64,000 nt of DNA from Squalus acanthias (lineage: Eukaryota): assembly GCA_030390025.1 (NCBI GenBank), contig CM059431.1, positions 101,558,001 to 101,622,000 on the forward strand. Direction: 5' to 3'. Positions 51,606 to 64,000 of this stretch are shown one piece after another (position 1 is the first letter of the stretch; each line of letters starts with the position of its first letter). A program made the translations under genes and the position numbers. The notes under the pieces are model-generated. The model was not told the DNA's origin, ran no database searches, and saw only the letters and a program-made list of their open reading frames with translations.

Positions 51606-52169
51606 AGTGCTGTGCTGGAAGGTAGCTGGAGTAGGCTGCGAATCACTGCCCTCTGCTATTTCTAATTTTGGAAATGTTTAAACAGATGTTTATTTTTCTG
51701 AACAATATGGACTGTCAATATGCAATGTATGCAGCTTTACATAGCACTGCACAGGCACCTTTCCATTGTCAAAATGTCATGAATGTTAAAAATAGCAGTC
51801 ACTGCCGGAATCCGTTTATAAAAAAAAAAAAAATAATAATAAATAAATCCGAAGCTCTCTATAAGCTTTGAGTTATAATTTTGTTTGGTTATGTTTTAGA
51901 TAAATAGGATATCCCTTATTATGTTAAGTGTCCATTTAAATTTAAAAAATGTATCTAAGCAGATCTTCCTTCTCCACACTATTTTGGGCACAGACCTAAC
52001 AATTCTTAGTTTGAATTCCGACTTAATACGGTCTCTATCTATCTCATCATCTCTCTGTCTCTCCCTCTCTCTCACACTCACCACTGATCAGGCTTAACGC
52101 GACTGCAACTCATATCAGATTTACGCTATTTGGTTTTACTGGTAAGTTAACTGTGTGGGAAAGAAGGTT

Positions 52170-52785
52170 AGAAACATAGAAACATAGAAAAATAGGAGCA
52201 GGAGTCGGCCATTCGGCCCTTCGAGCCTGCTCCGCCATTCAATATGATCATGGCTGATCCTCTATCTCAATACCATATTCCCGCTCTCTCTCCATACCCC
52301 TTGAAGCCTTTTGTGTCTAGAAATCTATCTATCTCTTTCTTAAATATATTCTGTGACTGGGCCTCCACAGCCTTCTGTGGTAGAGAATTCCACAGGTTCA
52401 CCACCCTTTGAGTGAAGAAATTTCTCCTCCTCTCAGTCCTAATTGTCCTACCCCGTATTCTGAGACTGTGATCCCTCATTATAGACCCCCCCTGCCAGGG
52501 GAAACATCCTCCCTGCATCCAGTCTGTCTAGTCCTGTCAGAATTTTATACGTTTCAATGAGATCCCCTCTCATTCTTCTAAACTCTAGTGAATACAGGCC
52601 TAGTCGACCCAATCTCTCCTCATACGACAGTCCTGCCATCCCAGAAATCAGTCTGGTGAACCTTCGCTGCACTCCCTCTATGGCAAGTATATCCTTTCTT
52701 GGGTAAGGAGACCAAAACTGCGCACAGTACTCCAGGTGTGCTCTCACCAAGGCCCTGTATAACTGTAGTATGACATCCTTGCTCC
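52170..52785 (-). mobile_element. CR1 3' fragment
   Basis: VRAHLEYCAQFWSP...; close to 38836-39440. Confidence 0.88.
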
Positions 52786-53526
52786 AGCAGAAGCTACTTA
52801 GTTAAATATTTACACCCACTGTCCCTCCCTATTGTCATAATTTCTCTTAAGATGCGACTGGGCCTTGACTCAACTTTCACAGTTTTTGATGCTTTACGCT
52901 GTATGACGCAATGTAATCGAAGTGTCATGCGCACCTTGTAAAGGCCAAAATGCTATGGATCAAGTGATAGTGGGGTGGTGGGCGTATTGTAACTTAAGTG
53001 TCAGCTTGTTTCGATTACTTTCCCCACAACAACTTGCATTTATACAACGTCTTTAACGTAGTAAAACGTCCCGCGGCGCTTCATGGGAGTGTTATCAGAC
53101 AAGATTTGCCAGCGAGCCACATTGGGAGATATTCGGACAGGTGACCAAAAGCTTGGTTGAAGAGGTAGGTTTCAAGGAGAGTCTTCAAGGAGGAGAGAGA
53201 GGCAGAGAGGTTTAGGGAGGGAATTCCAGAGCTTGTGGCCCAGGCAGCTGAAGGCACGGCTGCCAAATGTGGAGCGATGAAAATCGGGGGATGCGCAAGA
53301 GGCCAGAATTGGAGGAGCGCAGAGATCTGGGAGGGTTGTAGGGCTGGAGGAGGTTATATTAGCAATTGCTGCCATTCACTTTATACGTTGCCTGCACCCA
53401 ACCTCTGCTGCATGCTGGAAGTTTTATGTTTCATTTTCACACCCTGTCTGTGAACAATCACTTGTCACCATAATGGGGAGGGAGAGTAGCCCGTGTGAGC
53501 TAAAAACTAGTGTTTGTATTTGAGGT

Positions 53527-54055
53527 TCATAGAATCGTACAGCACAGAAGGAGGCCATTCGGCCCATCGTGCCTGTGCCGGCTCTTTGAAAGAGCTCTCC
53601 AATTAGTCCCACTCCCCCCGCTCTTTCTCCATAGCCCTGCAAATTTTTCTCCCTCAAGTATTTATCCAATTCCCTTTTGAAAGTTACTGTTGAATCTGCT
53701 TCCATCACTCTTTCAGGCAGTGCATTCCAGATCACAACAACTCGCTGCGTAAAAATTTTTCTCCTCACCTCCCCTCTGGTTCTTTTGCCAATTACCTTAA
53801 ATCTGTGTCCTCTGGTTACCGACCCTCCTGCCACTGGAAACAGTTTCTCCCTATGTTGCTCTAACAAAACCCTTCACGATTTTGAACGCCTCTATTAAAT
53901 CTTCCCATAACCTTCTCTGCTCTAAAGAGAACAATCCCAGCTTCTCCAGTCTCTCCACGTAACTGAAGTCCCTCATCCCTGGTTACCATTCTAGTAAATC
54001 TCCACTGCAACCCTCTCCAAGGCCTAGACATCCTTCCTGAAGCATGGTGCCCAGA
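53527..54055 (-). mobile_element. CR1 3' fragment
   Basis: REKLFPVAGGSVTRGHRFKV...WNALP. Confidence 0.85.
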
Positions 54056-54310
54056 AATAGCCCTGCAAATTTTAATTTTCCAGTATCTAGCCAATTGCCA
54101 TTTTGAAAGTTAGTCGTAAGTAATGCCGCTTTTAAAAAAAATTATCAATCCAGTTTTGATCCATTTTACTTGTACAACAGTGAGAAGCAATTGCATTTAA
54201 AAAAAAAAGAAACTCCTGAAATAAAAACAGAAAGTGCTGGAAATACTCAGCAGGTCAGGCAGCGTCTGTGGAGAGAGAGAGAAACAGAGAGTCAATGTTT
54301 CGGGTCGAGG

Positions 54311-54455
54311 GAATGCTCCCTCTGAGCCGCGCAGTCATGGGAAAGGCCCCCGCGCAGGTCGCTCACCCCCACCGGCTTTTCCATTGTGATGCGCAAAAAT
54401 GTGAAGAGGCGGCGCAGTAAACAATAACCCGCTGCGCGGCGTACAGGGAACATTG
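54311..54455. mobile_element. Related hAT-like MITE
   Basis: gaatgctccct..gccgcgcag / ctgcgcggc..agggaacattg; no clear TSD. Confidence 0.6.
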
Positions 54456-54784
54456 CTCAGCAGGTCAGCCAGCATCCGTGGAGAGAGAAGCCGAGTTCAC
54501 GGTTCAGGTCAATGACCTTTCGTCAGAACTCCTTCAATTATAGTTTTAAAATGCTCCGCTACAAATATTTGTAGCTGCTTATTGCAATGAAGGGGTTGCC
54601 TCATTTTGAATCTCTCATTACCCTAATTACGGTGCCAATTATCATATCTTATTATAATACAGATCATAACCTCTGCCCCCATTTTTTCGGACGGTAGCTG
54701 TTCCTAACATTACAACAGTGACCGCACTTCAAGAAGTACTTCATTGACTGTAAAGCGCTTTGGGAGGTCCACAGGTCGTGAAAG

Positions 54785-57700
54785 AACATAGAACATAGAA
54801 CATAGAACAGTACAGCACAGTACAGGCCCTTCGGCCCTCGATGTTGTGCCGAGCATTTTCCGAGACCAAGATCAAGCTATCACACTCTCTATCACTCTGT
54901 TGTGCTGCATGTGCTTATCCAATAATCGCTTGAAAGTTCCTAAAGTGTCCGACTCCACTATCACAGCAGGCAGTCCATTCCACACCCCAACCACTCTCTG
55001 AGTAAAGAATCTACCTCGGACATCCCTTCTATATCTCCCCCCATGCACCTTATAGTTATGCCCCCTTGTAACAGCTGCCTCTACCCGAGGAAATAGTCTC
55101 TGAACATCCACTCTATCTATCCCCCTCATCATCTTATAAACCTCTATTAAGTCGCCTCTCATCCTCCTCCGCTCTAAAGAGAAAAGCCCCAACTCCCTCA
55201 ATCTTTCCTCATAAGACCTCCCCCCCAAACCAGGCAGCATCCTGGTAAATCTCCTTTGCACTCTTTCCAATGCTTCCACGTCCTTCCTATAGTGAGGTGA
55301 CCAGAACTGCACACAATATTCCAAATGTGGTCTCACCAAGGTCCTGTACTGTTGCAGCTTAACCTCACGGTTCTTAAACTCAAACCCTCTGTTAATAAAC
55401 GCCAACACACCATAGGCCTTCTTTACTGCTCTATCCACTTGAGTGGCAACCTTCAGAGATCTGTGGATATGAACCCCCAGATCCCTCTGCTCCTCCACGT
55501 TCCTCAGAACCCTGCCGTTGACCCTGTAATCCTTATTGACATTTGCCCTACCAAAATGAATCACCTCGCACTTATCAGGGTTAAATTCCATCTGCCATTT
55601 TTCGGCCCAGCTCTGCATCCTATCAATGTCTCTTTGCAGCCTACAACTGCCCTCCACCTCATCCACTACTCCACCAATCTTGGTGTCATCAGCAAATTTA
55701 CTGATCCACCCTTCAGTCCCCTCCTCCAAGTCATTGATAAAAATCACAAACAGCAGAGGACCCAGCACCGACCCCTGTGGCACACCGCTGGTAACTGGTC
55801 TCCAGTCCGAAAATGTTCCATCCACCACCACCCTCTGCCTTCTATGAGATAGCCAGTTACTTATCCAATCGGCCAAATTTCCCTCTATCCCACAACTCCT
55901 TACTTTCTTCATGAGACGACCATGGGGAACCTTATCAAACGCCTTACTAAAATCCATGTATACGACATCAACTGCTCTACCTTCATCTACACACTTAGTT
56001 ACCTCCTCAAAGAATTCAATCAAATTTGTTAGGCAAGACTTACCCTTCACGAATCCGTGTTGACTATCCCTGATTAAGTTGCCCCTTTCTAAATGGTCAT
56101 AAATCCTATCCCTCAGGACCTTTTCCATTATCTTACCAACCACCGAAGTAAGACTAACCGGCCTATAATTACCAGGGTCATTCCTATTTCCTTTCTTGAA
56201 GAGAGGAACAACATTCGCCACTCTCCAGTCCTCTGGCACCATTCCCGTGGACAGTGAGGACCCAAAGATCAAAACCAGAGGCTCTGCAATCTCCTCCCTT
56301 GCCTCCCAAAGAATCCTAGGATATATCCCATCTGGCCCAGGGGACTTATCGACCCTCAGGTTCTTCAAAATTGCTAAAACATCTTCCCTCAGAACATCTA
56401 CCACCTCCAGCCTATCCACCTTAATCACACTCTCATCCTCAAAAACATGGCCCCTCTCCTTGGTGAACACTGACGAAAAGTATTCATTCATCACCTCTCC
56501 TATCTCTTCTGACTCCATGCACAAGTTCCCACTACTGTCCTTGACCGGCCCTACCCTCACCCTGGTCATTCTTTTATTTCTCACATAAGAGTAAAAAGCC
56601 TTGGGGTTTTTCTTGATCCGACCCGCCAAGGACTTCTCATGCCCCCTCCTAGCTCTCCTCAGCTCTTTTTTTAGCTCATTCCTTGCTACCTTGTACCCCT
56701 CAATCGACCCAACTGAACCTTGTTTTCTCATCCTTACATACGCTTCCTTTTTCCTCTTGACTAGACATTCAACCTCTTTTGTGAACCATGGTTCTCTCAC
56801 TCGGCCATTTCCTCCCTGCCTGACAGGGACATACCTATCAAGGACACGCAATAATTGCTCCATGAAAAAGCTCCACTTTTCGTTTGTGCCTTTCCCTGAT
56901 AGTTTCTGTTCCCATCTTATACTCCCTAATTCTTGCCTAATCGCATCATAATTACCCCTCCCCCAATTATAAACCCTGCCCTGCCGTATGGCCCTATCCC
57001 TCTCCATTGCAATAGTGAAAGTTACCGAATTGTGGTCACTCTCTCCAAAGTGCTCTCCCACATACAAATCAAACACTTGGCCCGGTTCATTACCCAGTAC
57101 CAAATCCAACGTGGCCCCACCTCTTGTCGGCCTATCCACATATTGTGTCAGGAAACCCTCCTGCACACACTGTGCAAAAACTATCCCATCCGAACTGTTT
57201 GACCTATAAAGGTTCCAATCAATATTTGGAAAGTTGAAGTCACCCATGACAACTACTCTGTGACCTCCACACCTATTCATAATCTGCTTTGCAATTTCTT
57301 CCTCCACATCTTTATTACTATTTGGGGGCCTGTAGAAAACTCCTAACAACGTGACCGCTCCTTTCCTATTCCTTACTTCAGCCCATATTACCTCAGACGG
57401 CAGATCCCCCTCGAACTGCCTTTCTGCCGCTGTTAAACTATCCTTGATTAACAATGCTACTCCTCCACCTTTCTTACCAACTTCCCTACTCTTACTGAAA
57501 CATCTATACCCCGGAACCTCCAACAACCATTCCTGTCCCTGTTCTAACCATGTCTCCGTAATGGCCACCACATCGTAGTCCCAAGTACCAATCCACGCTC
57601 CAAGTTCTCCTACCTTATTCCGGATGCTCCTTGCATTGAAGTAGACACACTTCAAGCCATCTTCCTGTCTGCCGGTACATTCCTGCGACCTTGATACCCT

Positions 57701-57785
57701 CCTCAGTACCTCCCTACACTCACCACTGGCTCGTGGACTACAGCCCTTTTTCCCATCCCCCTGACAAATTAGTTTAAACCCCCCC
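54785..57785 (-). mobile_element. Young 5'-truncated CR1 LINE inserted into a SINE 3' tail
   Basis: (TTCTATG)n-type tail at 54785-54808 on the minus strand. The SINE tail 'gtcgtgaaag|gtgctatagaaatgcaa' is split around it, with gaaag at both 54780-54784 and 57786-57790. Confidence 0.92.
54872..57785 (-). CDS. CR1-clade LINE ORF2 (apurinic endonuclease + reverse transcriptase), uninterrupted frame
   Basis: 927-aa ORF with APE motifs (YFNARS, AITETWL, GDFNFPNIDW, SDHN) and RT motifs (DFSKAFDKVPH, GVPQGSVLGP, FADDTK). The listed start at 57655 is TTG; the frame stays open upstream to the 5' truncation point at about 57785. Confidence 0.95.
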
Positions 57786-58229
57786 GAAAGGTGCTATAGA
57801 AATGCAAATCTTTCTGTTTTTTCTTTTTACTTACAAAGCTTGGTACACATCCCTGGGCATTAAAGAAACCCGCGTGTCGGTGAATACACAAGAACACCAT
57901 CAGATCAACGGATCATAAATTATGTTAATTTCAGATTTAGGACTGCTTTATGTCACTTTGCTAATTTCGTACTGAATGAATAATAACGAATCAAAAATTT
58001 AAAATAAAATTGACGTGAATTGTTACAAACAATAATTGGGACAATATTTTAAAAGCGCATGAATTTTTAACATCCCTTATCTCAACAAAGGAAGTGATAT
58101 TTTGAAATAACAACAGAAAACGCTGGAAAAACTCAGCAGGCCAAGCAGCATCCGTGGAGAGAGAAACAGAGTCAACGTTTCAGGTCGAAGACCTTTCGTC
58201 AGAAGTGATATTTTGACCTCTTCGAGACC

Positions 58230-58548
58230 CATCCTTTGTTTCTTTACTTGTCCCATTACCATCTCCTTTTACCTCGCACCATCATCCCTTTTGTCATTTA
58301 ATCTCTCCTGCCTTCCACCCTATCACAGACCTTCCCTGTTGTTCTTTCCTCCCCTCCCCGCTTTCCCTGCCTCTGTTCTTTCTTAAAACCTGTTACATCT
58401 CCAACTTTTTCCAGTTCTGACGATAGCTCTTTGACCTGAAACGTTAACTCCCTTTCTCTCTCCGCGGATGCTGCCTGACCCGCCGAGCGTTTCCAGCATT
58501 TTCCTGTTTTTATTTCTGATTTCCAGCATGCGCAGTGTTTTGCTTTTG
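58230..58548 (+). mobile_element. Penelope-like terminal repeat fragment
   Basis: Matches 18765-19070. Other fragments at 9700-9900 (+), 34245-34900 (-), 54215-54530 (-) and 58106-58201 (-). Confidence 0.82.
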
Positions 58549-59259
58549 TACGCTGCCGATTATGTTCAGTTTAGTCCATTGGGAGTCGACTCTGTGGCTC
58601 TCTGCATCACACCTTTTAACCAGGACGTCAAATTAACCAGATCACATTACAAGTCTGATGCATGTAAAAGGAAAGAAAGACTTGCATTTCTGTAGCGCCT
58701 TTCACGCCCTCGGGATGTCCCACAGTGCTTTACAGGCAATCGAGCACTTTTTTGAAGCGAAGTCACTGTTGTAATGTAGGAAAAGTTGTTGCCAATTTGC
58801 GCACAGCAAGCTCCCTTATGTAGGGAGATGCACGCTCTCTTGTATCTCCCGACATAATGCTACCCTTTGTTGACTTTGAGCCAAACATCAATCCAACCTA
58901 ATTTTTGCCGTCTATCCCACGAGCGTGCATCTTGTGAATCATTCTGTTGTGTGTAAACAGCATCAGATGCCTTTCTGAAGTCCAGGTAAATAACAGCTGC
59001 TGCCTCACCCTTTATTCATCTCAGGATTTTACAGTACGGAAGGAAGCCATTATAGATTCTGCCTCTTCCATTGTTTCTGGTAGGGCAGTCCAGGGCGTTC
59101 TCATAACCTCCATCTTTTGTTCTTCTGACCATCTTAAATTTGTTTCCCACATTACAACAGTGACTCCACTTCAAAAGTACTTCATTGGTTGTAAAGCGCT
59201 TTGAGACGTCCTGAGGTTGTGAAAGGCGCTATAGAAATGCAAGTCTTTCTTTCTTTCTT

Positions 59260-59790
59260 TCTGTCCATTACTCACCGCCTCAGTGACCGGTGAAAATAAG
59301 TTTTTCAGATTTACTTTTATCATAACCTCATAACTTTGTAAACTTCTATTAGATCTCCTCTTCAGCTTGCTTACTCCGAGAAAGAGAGCCTCTTCATGGC
59401 CTTGGCATCCTTTACGACACAAGACCCCCCAACGCTGCACACAATCCGCACACTACCCTCCGATTTGTAGAGGTTTAGCATTGCGTCTTACCTTTTATAC
59501 ACTGTACCTTACTTAAAAAACGGAGGATCTCATATCTTTTTATCGGCTTGTCCTCCCAATTTGTGTATATGAAACTCTTAAGTCTCTTTCTTCCTTGAAA
59601 ACTTTTACCATTTATTGCGTATTTCCTCTCATTCTTCCTTCCAAAATATATCAACTCAAATTTTGCTGCTTAAGTTTTCATCGGACGTCTATCTGCCTAA
59701 TTTGCTAACTTGCCTATGTCGTCTTCACAGTTAATGATGCTCCTTGATTTGTTTCATCTGCAAATTTTGGTACTGTGCCCCCATACCGAG
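59260..59790 (-). pseudogene. Old decayed CR1 3' remnant
   Basis: Degenerate match to KFADD and LEKRRL..DLIEV regions. Confidence 0.55.
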
Positions 59791-61919
59791 AACATTTTAA
59801 TTTATTTCTCTCTCAAATTGATATCTCTAGCTCTCTCTCTCTCTCTCTAACAGTGACTGTACTTCAAAAAAAGTACTTAATTGCCTGTAAATCGCTCTGG
59901 AACGTTCTGAGGTTGTCAAAGGCGCTATATAACTGCAAGTTCTTTCTTTAACTTCCATATCTAAGGAGGTTTGTGCTGTATTATTTCCTCTCTGACTTCC
60001 CTTAGCATTCAAGGGTGCATGACATCAGGGGCTGGTGGATTTGCCAGTTCAGTTCCGCTAATTCTCTTTAGCTGCAGTTATCCCATACATTACTCCGCCT
60101 CCTCCTCTTGTTCCCTTTCACTCCCACTGCCACACTCTTCTGTGGAAACTAAAGTCAAGTACTTTGTGTTATATTTTCACCGTTCTTTATAGGAACACAG
60201 GGACAGGAGGAGGCCATTCAGCCCCTCGAGCCTGTTCCGCCATTCAGTGAGATCATGGCTGATCTGTGACCTAACTCCATATACCCGTATCCCTTAATAC
60301 CTTTGGTTAACAAAAATCTATCGATCTCTGATTTAAAATTAACAATTGATCTTGCATCAACTACCATTTGCGGAAGAGAGTTCCAAACTTCTACCTCCCT
60401 TTGTGTTTCCTAATTTCACTCCTGAAAGGTCTGGCTCTAATTTTTAGACTATGCCCCCTCGTCCGAGACTCCCCAACCAGCGGAAATAGTTTCTCTCTAT
60501 CTACCCCATCAGTTCCCCTTAATATCTTGAAAACTTGGATCAAATCACCAGTTGACCTTCTAAATTCCAGGGAATACAACCCTAGTTTGTGTAATCTTGC
60601 TTTGTAATTTAACCCTCAGAGTCCGGGTTTCATTCTGGTAAACCTACGCTGCGCTGCCTCCAAGGCCAATATATCCTTCCTCAGGCGTGGTGCCTCTCTC
60701 GGCACAGGGATCCCTTTCCCCCTCCCTTTGGATGATAAAAACGATCACAGAATAATGACTCTGCTGCTTTCTTGACCTCAACCACCACCTCCCTGCTGAA
60801 CTGGACAATAATCCAGATCCTTGTGTTCCTGATGTACCTAAAGAAGGCTTTACAATTGTCCTTTTATATATTTTCAGTTGTATTATGCAAAGTTTTAGTT
60901 GATTTTTATTTCTCTCCTCGGGCATGTTGGTGCCTGGGGACGAGTGGTTCCATTGAGCACCAACAACTCGTGTGTGACCATTCTTCATGGGTGAAGCTTG
61001 ACAGTGATATTGTCAGCAGATTGTTTGATGGGGCATTGCATCCCATCCCAATCCCCTTCTCAACTGACCAATGTAAATGCATAAGCCATTAAATAGTGGT
61101 TAGGGCTGTAAAACTCTACCTTTTTAAAAATTCATTCTTGGGATGTGGGCGTCGCTGGCAAGGCCAGCATTTATTGCCCATCCCGAGTTGCCCTCGAGAA
61201 GGTGGTGGTGAGCCGCCGCCTTGAACCGCTGCAGTCCGTGTGGTGAAGGTGCTCCCACAGTGCTGTTAGGGAGGGAGTTCCAGGATTTTGACCCGGCGAC
61301 GATGAAGGATCGGCGATATACTTCTAAGTCAGGATGGTGTGTGACTTGGAGGGGAACTGGGAGGTGGTGGTGTTCCCATGCGCCTGCTGCCCTTGCGTAG
61401 TTGGTGCTGGAGGTTAAGGCAAATCTTTGCTCCTTGTTTCTCCTCGCTGCTTTGATTTTGAAACCTGGTTTGTGCTAATATACTTGATCGGAGCCAGAGT
61501 TGGTAACATACAGTCGGGCACTTTGTCACAGGACGGCAGAAAAAACTGGCCAGGATTCTCAACTCTGATGGTACACAGTAACCCCTGGTGTAAACCTGAG
61601 AGTATGTGGACATCATGAGAGGAAGGATGAGATGCGGCTGTTACACTCACTGCTGACCTGCTTGGGTAGGTTGTCCAAATTGCACTTCTGATGTGTCTCT
61701 GCCATCAGGAGTGCACGTCAGGAATTTAGGCACGGGGGGGGGGTGGGGTCAGTGGGCACTCATTAGGCTTTCCTGCATTATGACGGTGACTACATTTCAA
61801 AAGTACTTCATTGGCTGTAAAGCGCTTTGGGACGTCCTGAAGTCGTGAAAGAAGCTATATAAATGCAAATTGTTCATTGGTTTCCTTCCTTTCTTGCGAA
61901 GACAGAACCTTCTGAATCT

Positions 61920-62210
61920 CCTGTGCCTCCCGTGTGTGTGACTCCGGAAGGAATCTGAGGATTACCGTCCTTGAGATGTGTTAATCTGGCGTCTAACTCC
62001 TTCAACTTGCTCTGCACAATCTCAAATGTGCTTCTAACTGTCTCATTGGTTCCAACATGGACTGTGACTTTTGGGTGCTCTCTCTTCCCCCTCCCAAAAT
62101 GTTTGTTCTGTGACATCCTTCACCCTGGTACCATGGTGACAACATACTGTTTGGGAGTCCTGGTCGTGACTGCAAAAAAGTCCACAAACTCTGTTCCCTC
62201 GCCACAAATT
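61920..62210 (-). pseudogene. Decayed CR1 ORF1 (SGNH esterase-like) fragment
   Basis: VCCHHGTRVKDV and VTVHVGTNE resemble the CR1 ORF1 motifs VCCLPGARVxDV and VHVGTND. A VVAVGDSTVKG block lies at about 63210-63245 (-). Confidence 0.65.
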
Positions 62211-63203
62211 CCATCCCTCTCCCTGTCCTCTGTCTCCAGCTGAACCATGATGTGGAGATGCCGGTGATGGACTGGGGTGGACAAATGTGAGAAGTCGCAC
62301 AACACCAGGTTATAGTCCAACAGCTTTATTTGAAATCACAAGCTTTCGGAGCGCTGCTCCTTCGTCAGGTGAAGTGAAGAGATGCATCTCTCCACTTCAC
62401 CTGACGAAGGAGCAGCTGCTCCGAAAGCTTGTGATTTCAAATAAAGCTGTTGGACTATAACCTGGTGTTGTGCGACTTCTCACATTTGTCCAGCTGAACC
62501 AGACAGTTTGCAACCTTGCCGTCCTATTTGACCCAGAGCTGAGCTTCCGACCCCATAGTCTTAATATCACAAAGACGACCAACTTCCATCCCCGTAACAT
62601 GGCCCGTCTCCACCTCTCCCTCAGCCCACCAGCTGCTGAAACCCTCTTCACGCTTTTGCTACGTTCAGATTCAACTATTCCAACGCTCTCTCGGCCGGAC
62701 TCCTGTTCTCCACCCTCCGTCAACTTGAGCTCATCCAAAACCCTGCTCCCCGTATCCTAGCTCGCACCAAGTCCCGTTCGCCCATCACCCCTGTGCTCGC
62801 TGACCTACATTGGTTCCTGGTCCAACAATGCCTCTATGTTAAAATTCTCATCCTTGTCTTCAAATCCCTCCACGGCCTCGCCCCCTCCCTATCTCTGTAA
62901 CCTCCTCCAGGCTTACAACACTCCGAGAACTTTGCGATCCGCCAACTCTGGCCGCTTGTACATACCCTACCTTTGGTGGCCGTGCCTTCAGCCGTCTGGT
63001 CCCTAAGCTCTGGAACTCCCTCACTTAAACCTCTCTTGTCTTTTAAGATCCTTCTTAAAACCTACCTCTTTGACCAAGCCTTTAGTTGCTCCTCCTAATA
63101 TCTCCTCCTTCAGCTCGATGTCAATTTTTGTCTGCTTACGCTCCTGTGAAGTGCCTTTCCGCTGATTTCTGATGATAAAGTCGCTATAGAAATGCAAGTT
63201 GTT
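62210..63203 (+). mobile_element. L2-type LINE 3' fragment interrupted by a fold-back Penelope-like insert
   Basis: LNQTVCNLAVLFDPELSFRPH...; same tail as 25090-25838. Confidence 0.85.
62248..62488. mobile_element. Fold-back mini-element, copy 4; hammerhead motifs at 62336-62372 (-) and 62397-62434 (+)
   Basis: 13-bp TSD tccagctgaacca at 62235-62247 and 62489-62501; the centre is itself palindromic (agagatgcatctct). Confidence 0.88.
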
Positions 63204-64000
63204 GATCCCTTGACAGTAGAATCTCCCACTGCAACCACTCTCTTCTTCATCCAGTGTACCTGCCTCCCAACTCCTGGGGGACACTTTGGCTCCACAGCAC
63301 CACAATGTCGTGCAGGACCATAGCAACTCAGCAGTAGGGACAGGAGGAGGTCATTCAGCCCCTCGAGCCTGCTCCGCCATTCAATGAGATCACGGCTGAT
63401 CTGTATCTTAACTCCAGCTACCCGCCTGGGTTCCGTAACCCTTAATAGTCTTAACTAACAAAAATCTTATCAATCTCAATATTGAAATTTTTAATTGACC
63501 CCCAGCCTCGACAGCATTTTCAGCGAGAGAGTTCCAGATTTCCACTACCCTTTGTGTGAAGAAGTGCTTCCTGACATCACCCCTGAACGGCCTGGCTCTA
63601 ATTTTAAGGTGATGCCCCCTTGTTCTGTACTCCCCCCACCAGAGGAAATAGTTTCTCTCGATCTACCCTGTCAAGTTCTTTAATCATCTTAAACACCTCA
63701 ATTAGATCACCCCTTAATCTTCTACACCCATGGGAATACAAGCCTAGTCTATGCAACCTGTCCTCGTAATTTAACCCTTTCAGACCACTCTTCTCTGAGT
63801 CACTGTCGACTTCAGTGTTGGCTGGCCTTAAGTATTGCACAGTTCCAGTAACTCGGGTGGGCTCTGCATGCGAGAGTCCTGCCTCCCTCTTTTACCCCGG
63901 CAGGTAGTCACTTGCAACTTGCTGTACCCTTTCCTGGGGGGGTTCTGAACTGTCTTAGCACCGTCTCTGGGGGCGATCGCATGCAAAACTAACGAGGGTT

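Noticed and set aside
55325..57578. Plus-strand ORFs opposite the CR1 ORF2
   Set aside because: Antisense shadows of a long coding frame.
62213..63210. atccct as the TSD of an L2 splitting one CR1 ORF1
   Set aside because: The left hexamer looks like part of the L2 itself, and the two ORF1 pieces appear to overlap rather than join.

Overview
Vertebrate genomic DNA, most likely a cartilaginous fish (shark). This is inferred from the repeat repertoire, not from a marker gene. The window is mostly intron/intergenic sequence packed with retroelements. These include CR1-clade LINEs (one copy with an uninterrupted ~3 kb APE+RT ORF2, and a three-layer nested stack), L2-type LINEs, a third LINE family, and Penelope-like elements (a GIY-YIG fragment and hammerhead-ribozyme-bearing ends). 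There are also two tRNA-headed SINE families whose 3' tails match co-resident LINEs, plus Harbinger-like and hAT-like MITEs. Nearly all ORFs in the supplied track are repeat-derived or spurious. The only credible host coding signal is a candidate first exon at 50294-50455 encoding an MGCTAS (myristoylation/palmitoylation-type) N-terminus; I cannot name the gene. Four observations stand out. (1) Four TSD-flanked fold-back mini-elements carry minimal hammerhead motifs on both strands, and one has captured 52 bp from a neighbouring SINE. (2) A U_UUA_AAC heptamer at the CR1 ORF1/ORF2 junction would shift -1 into an ORF2 that has no usable AUG. (3) Seven 33-bp minisatellites have grown from one hairpin inside a SINE. 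(4) Two CR1 tails share a 100-bp 3' extension. Repeat boundaries were read by eye and may be off by some bases; family names are from memory, not from a search.
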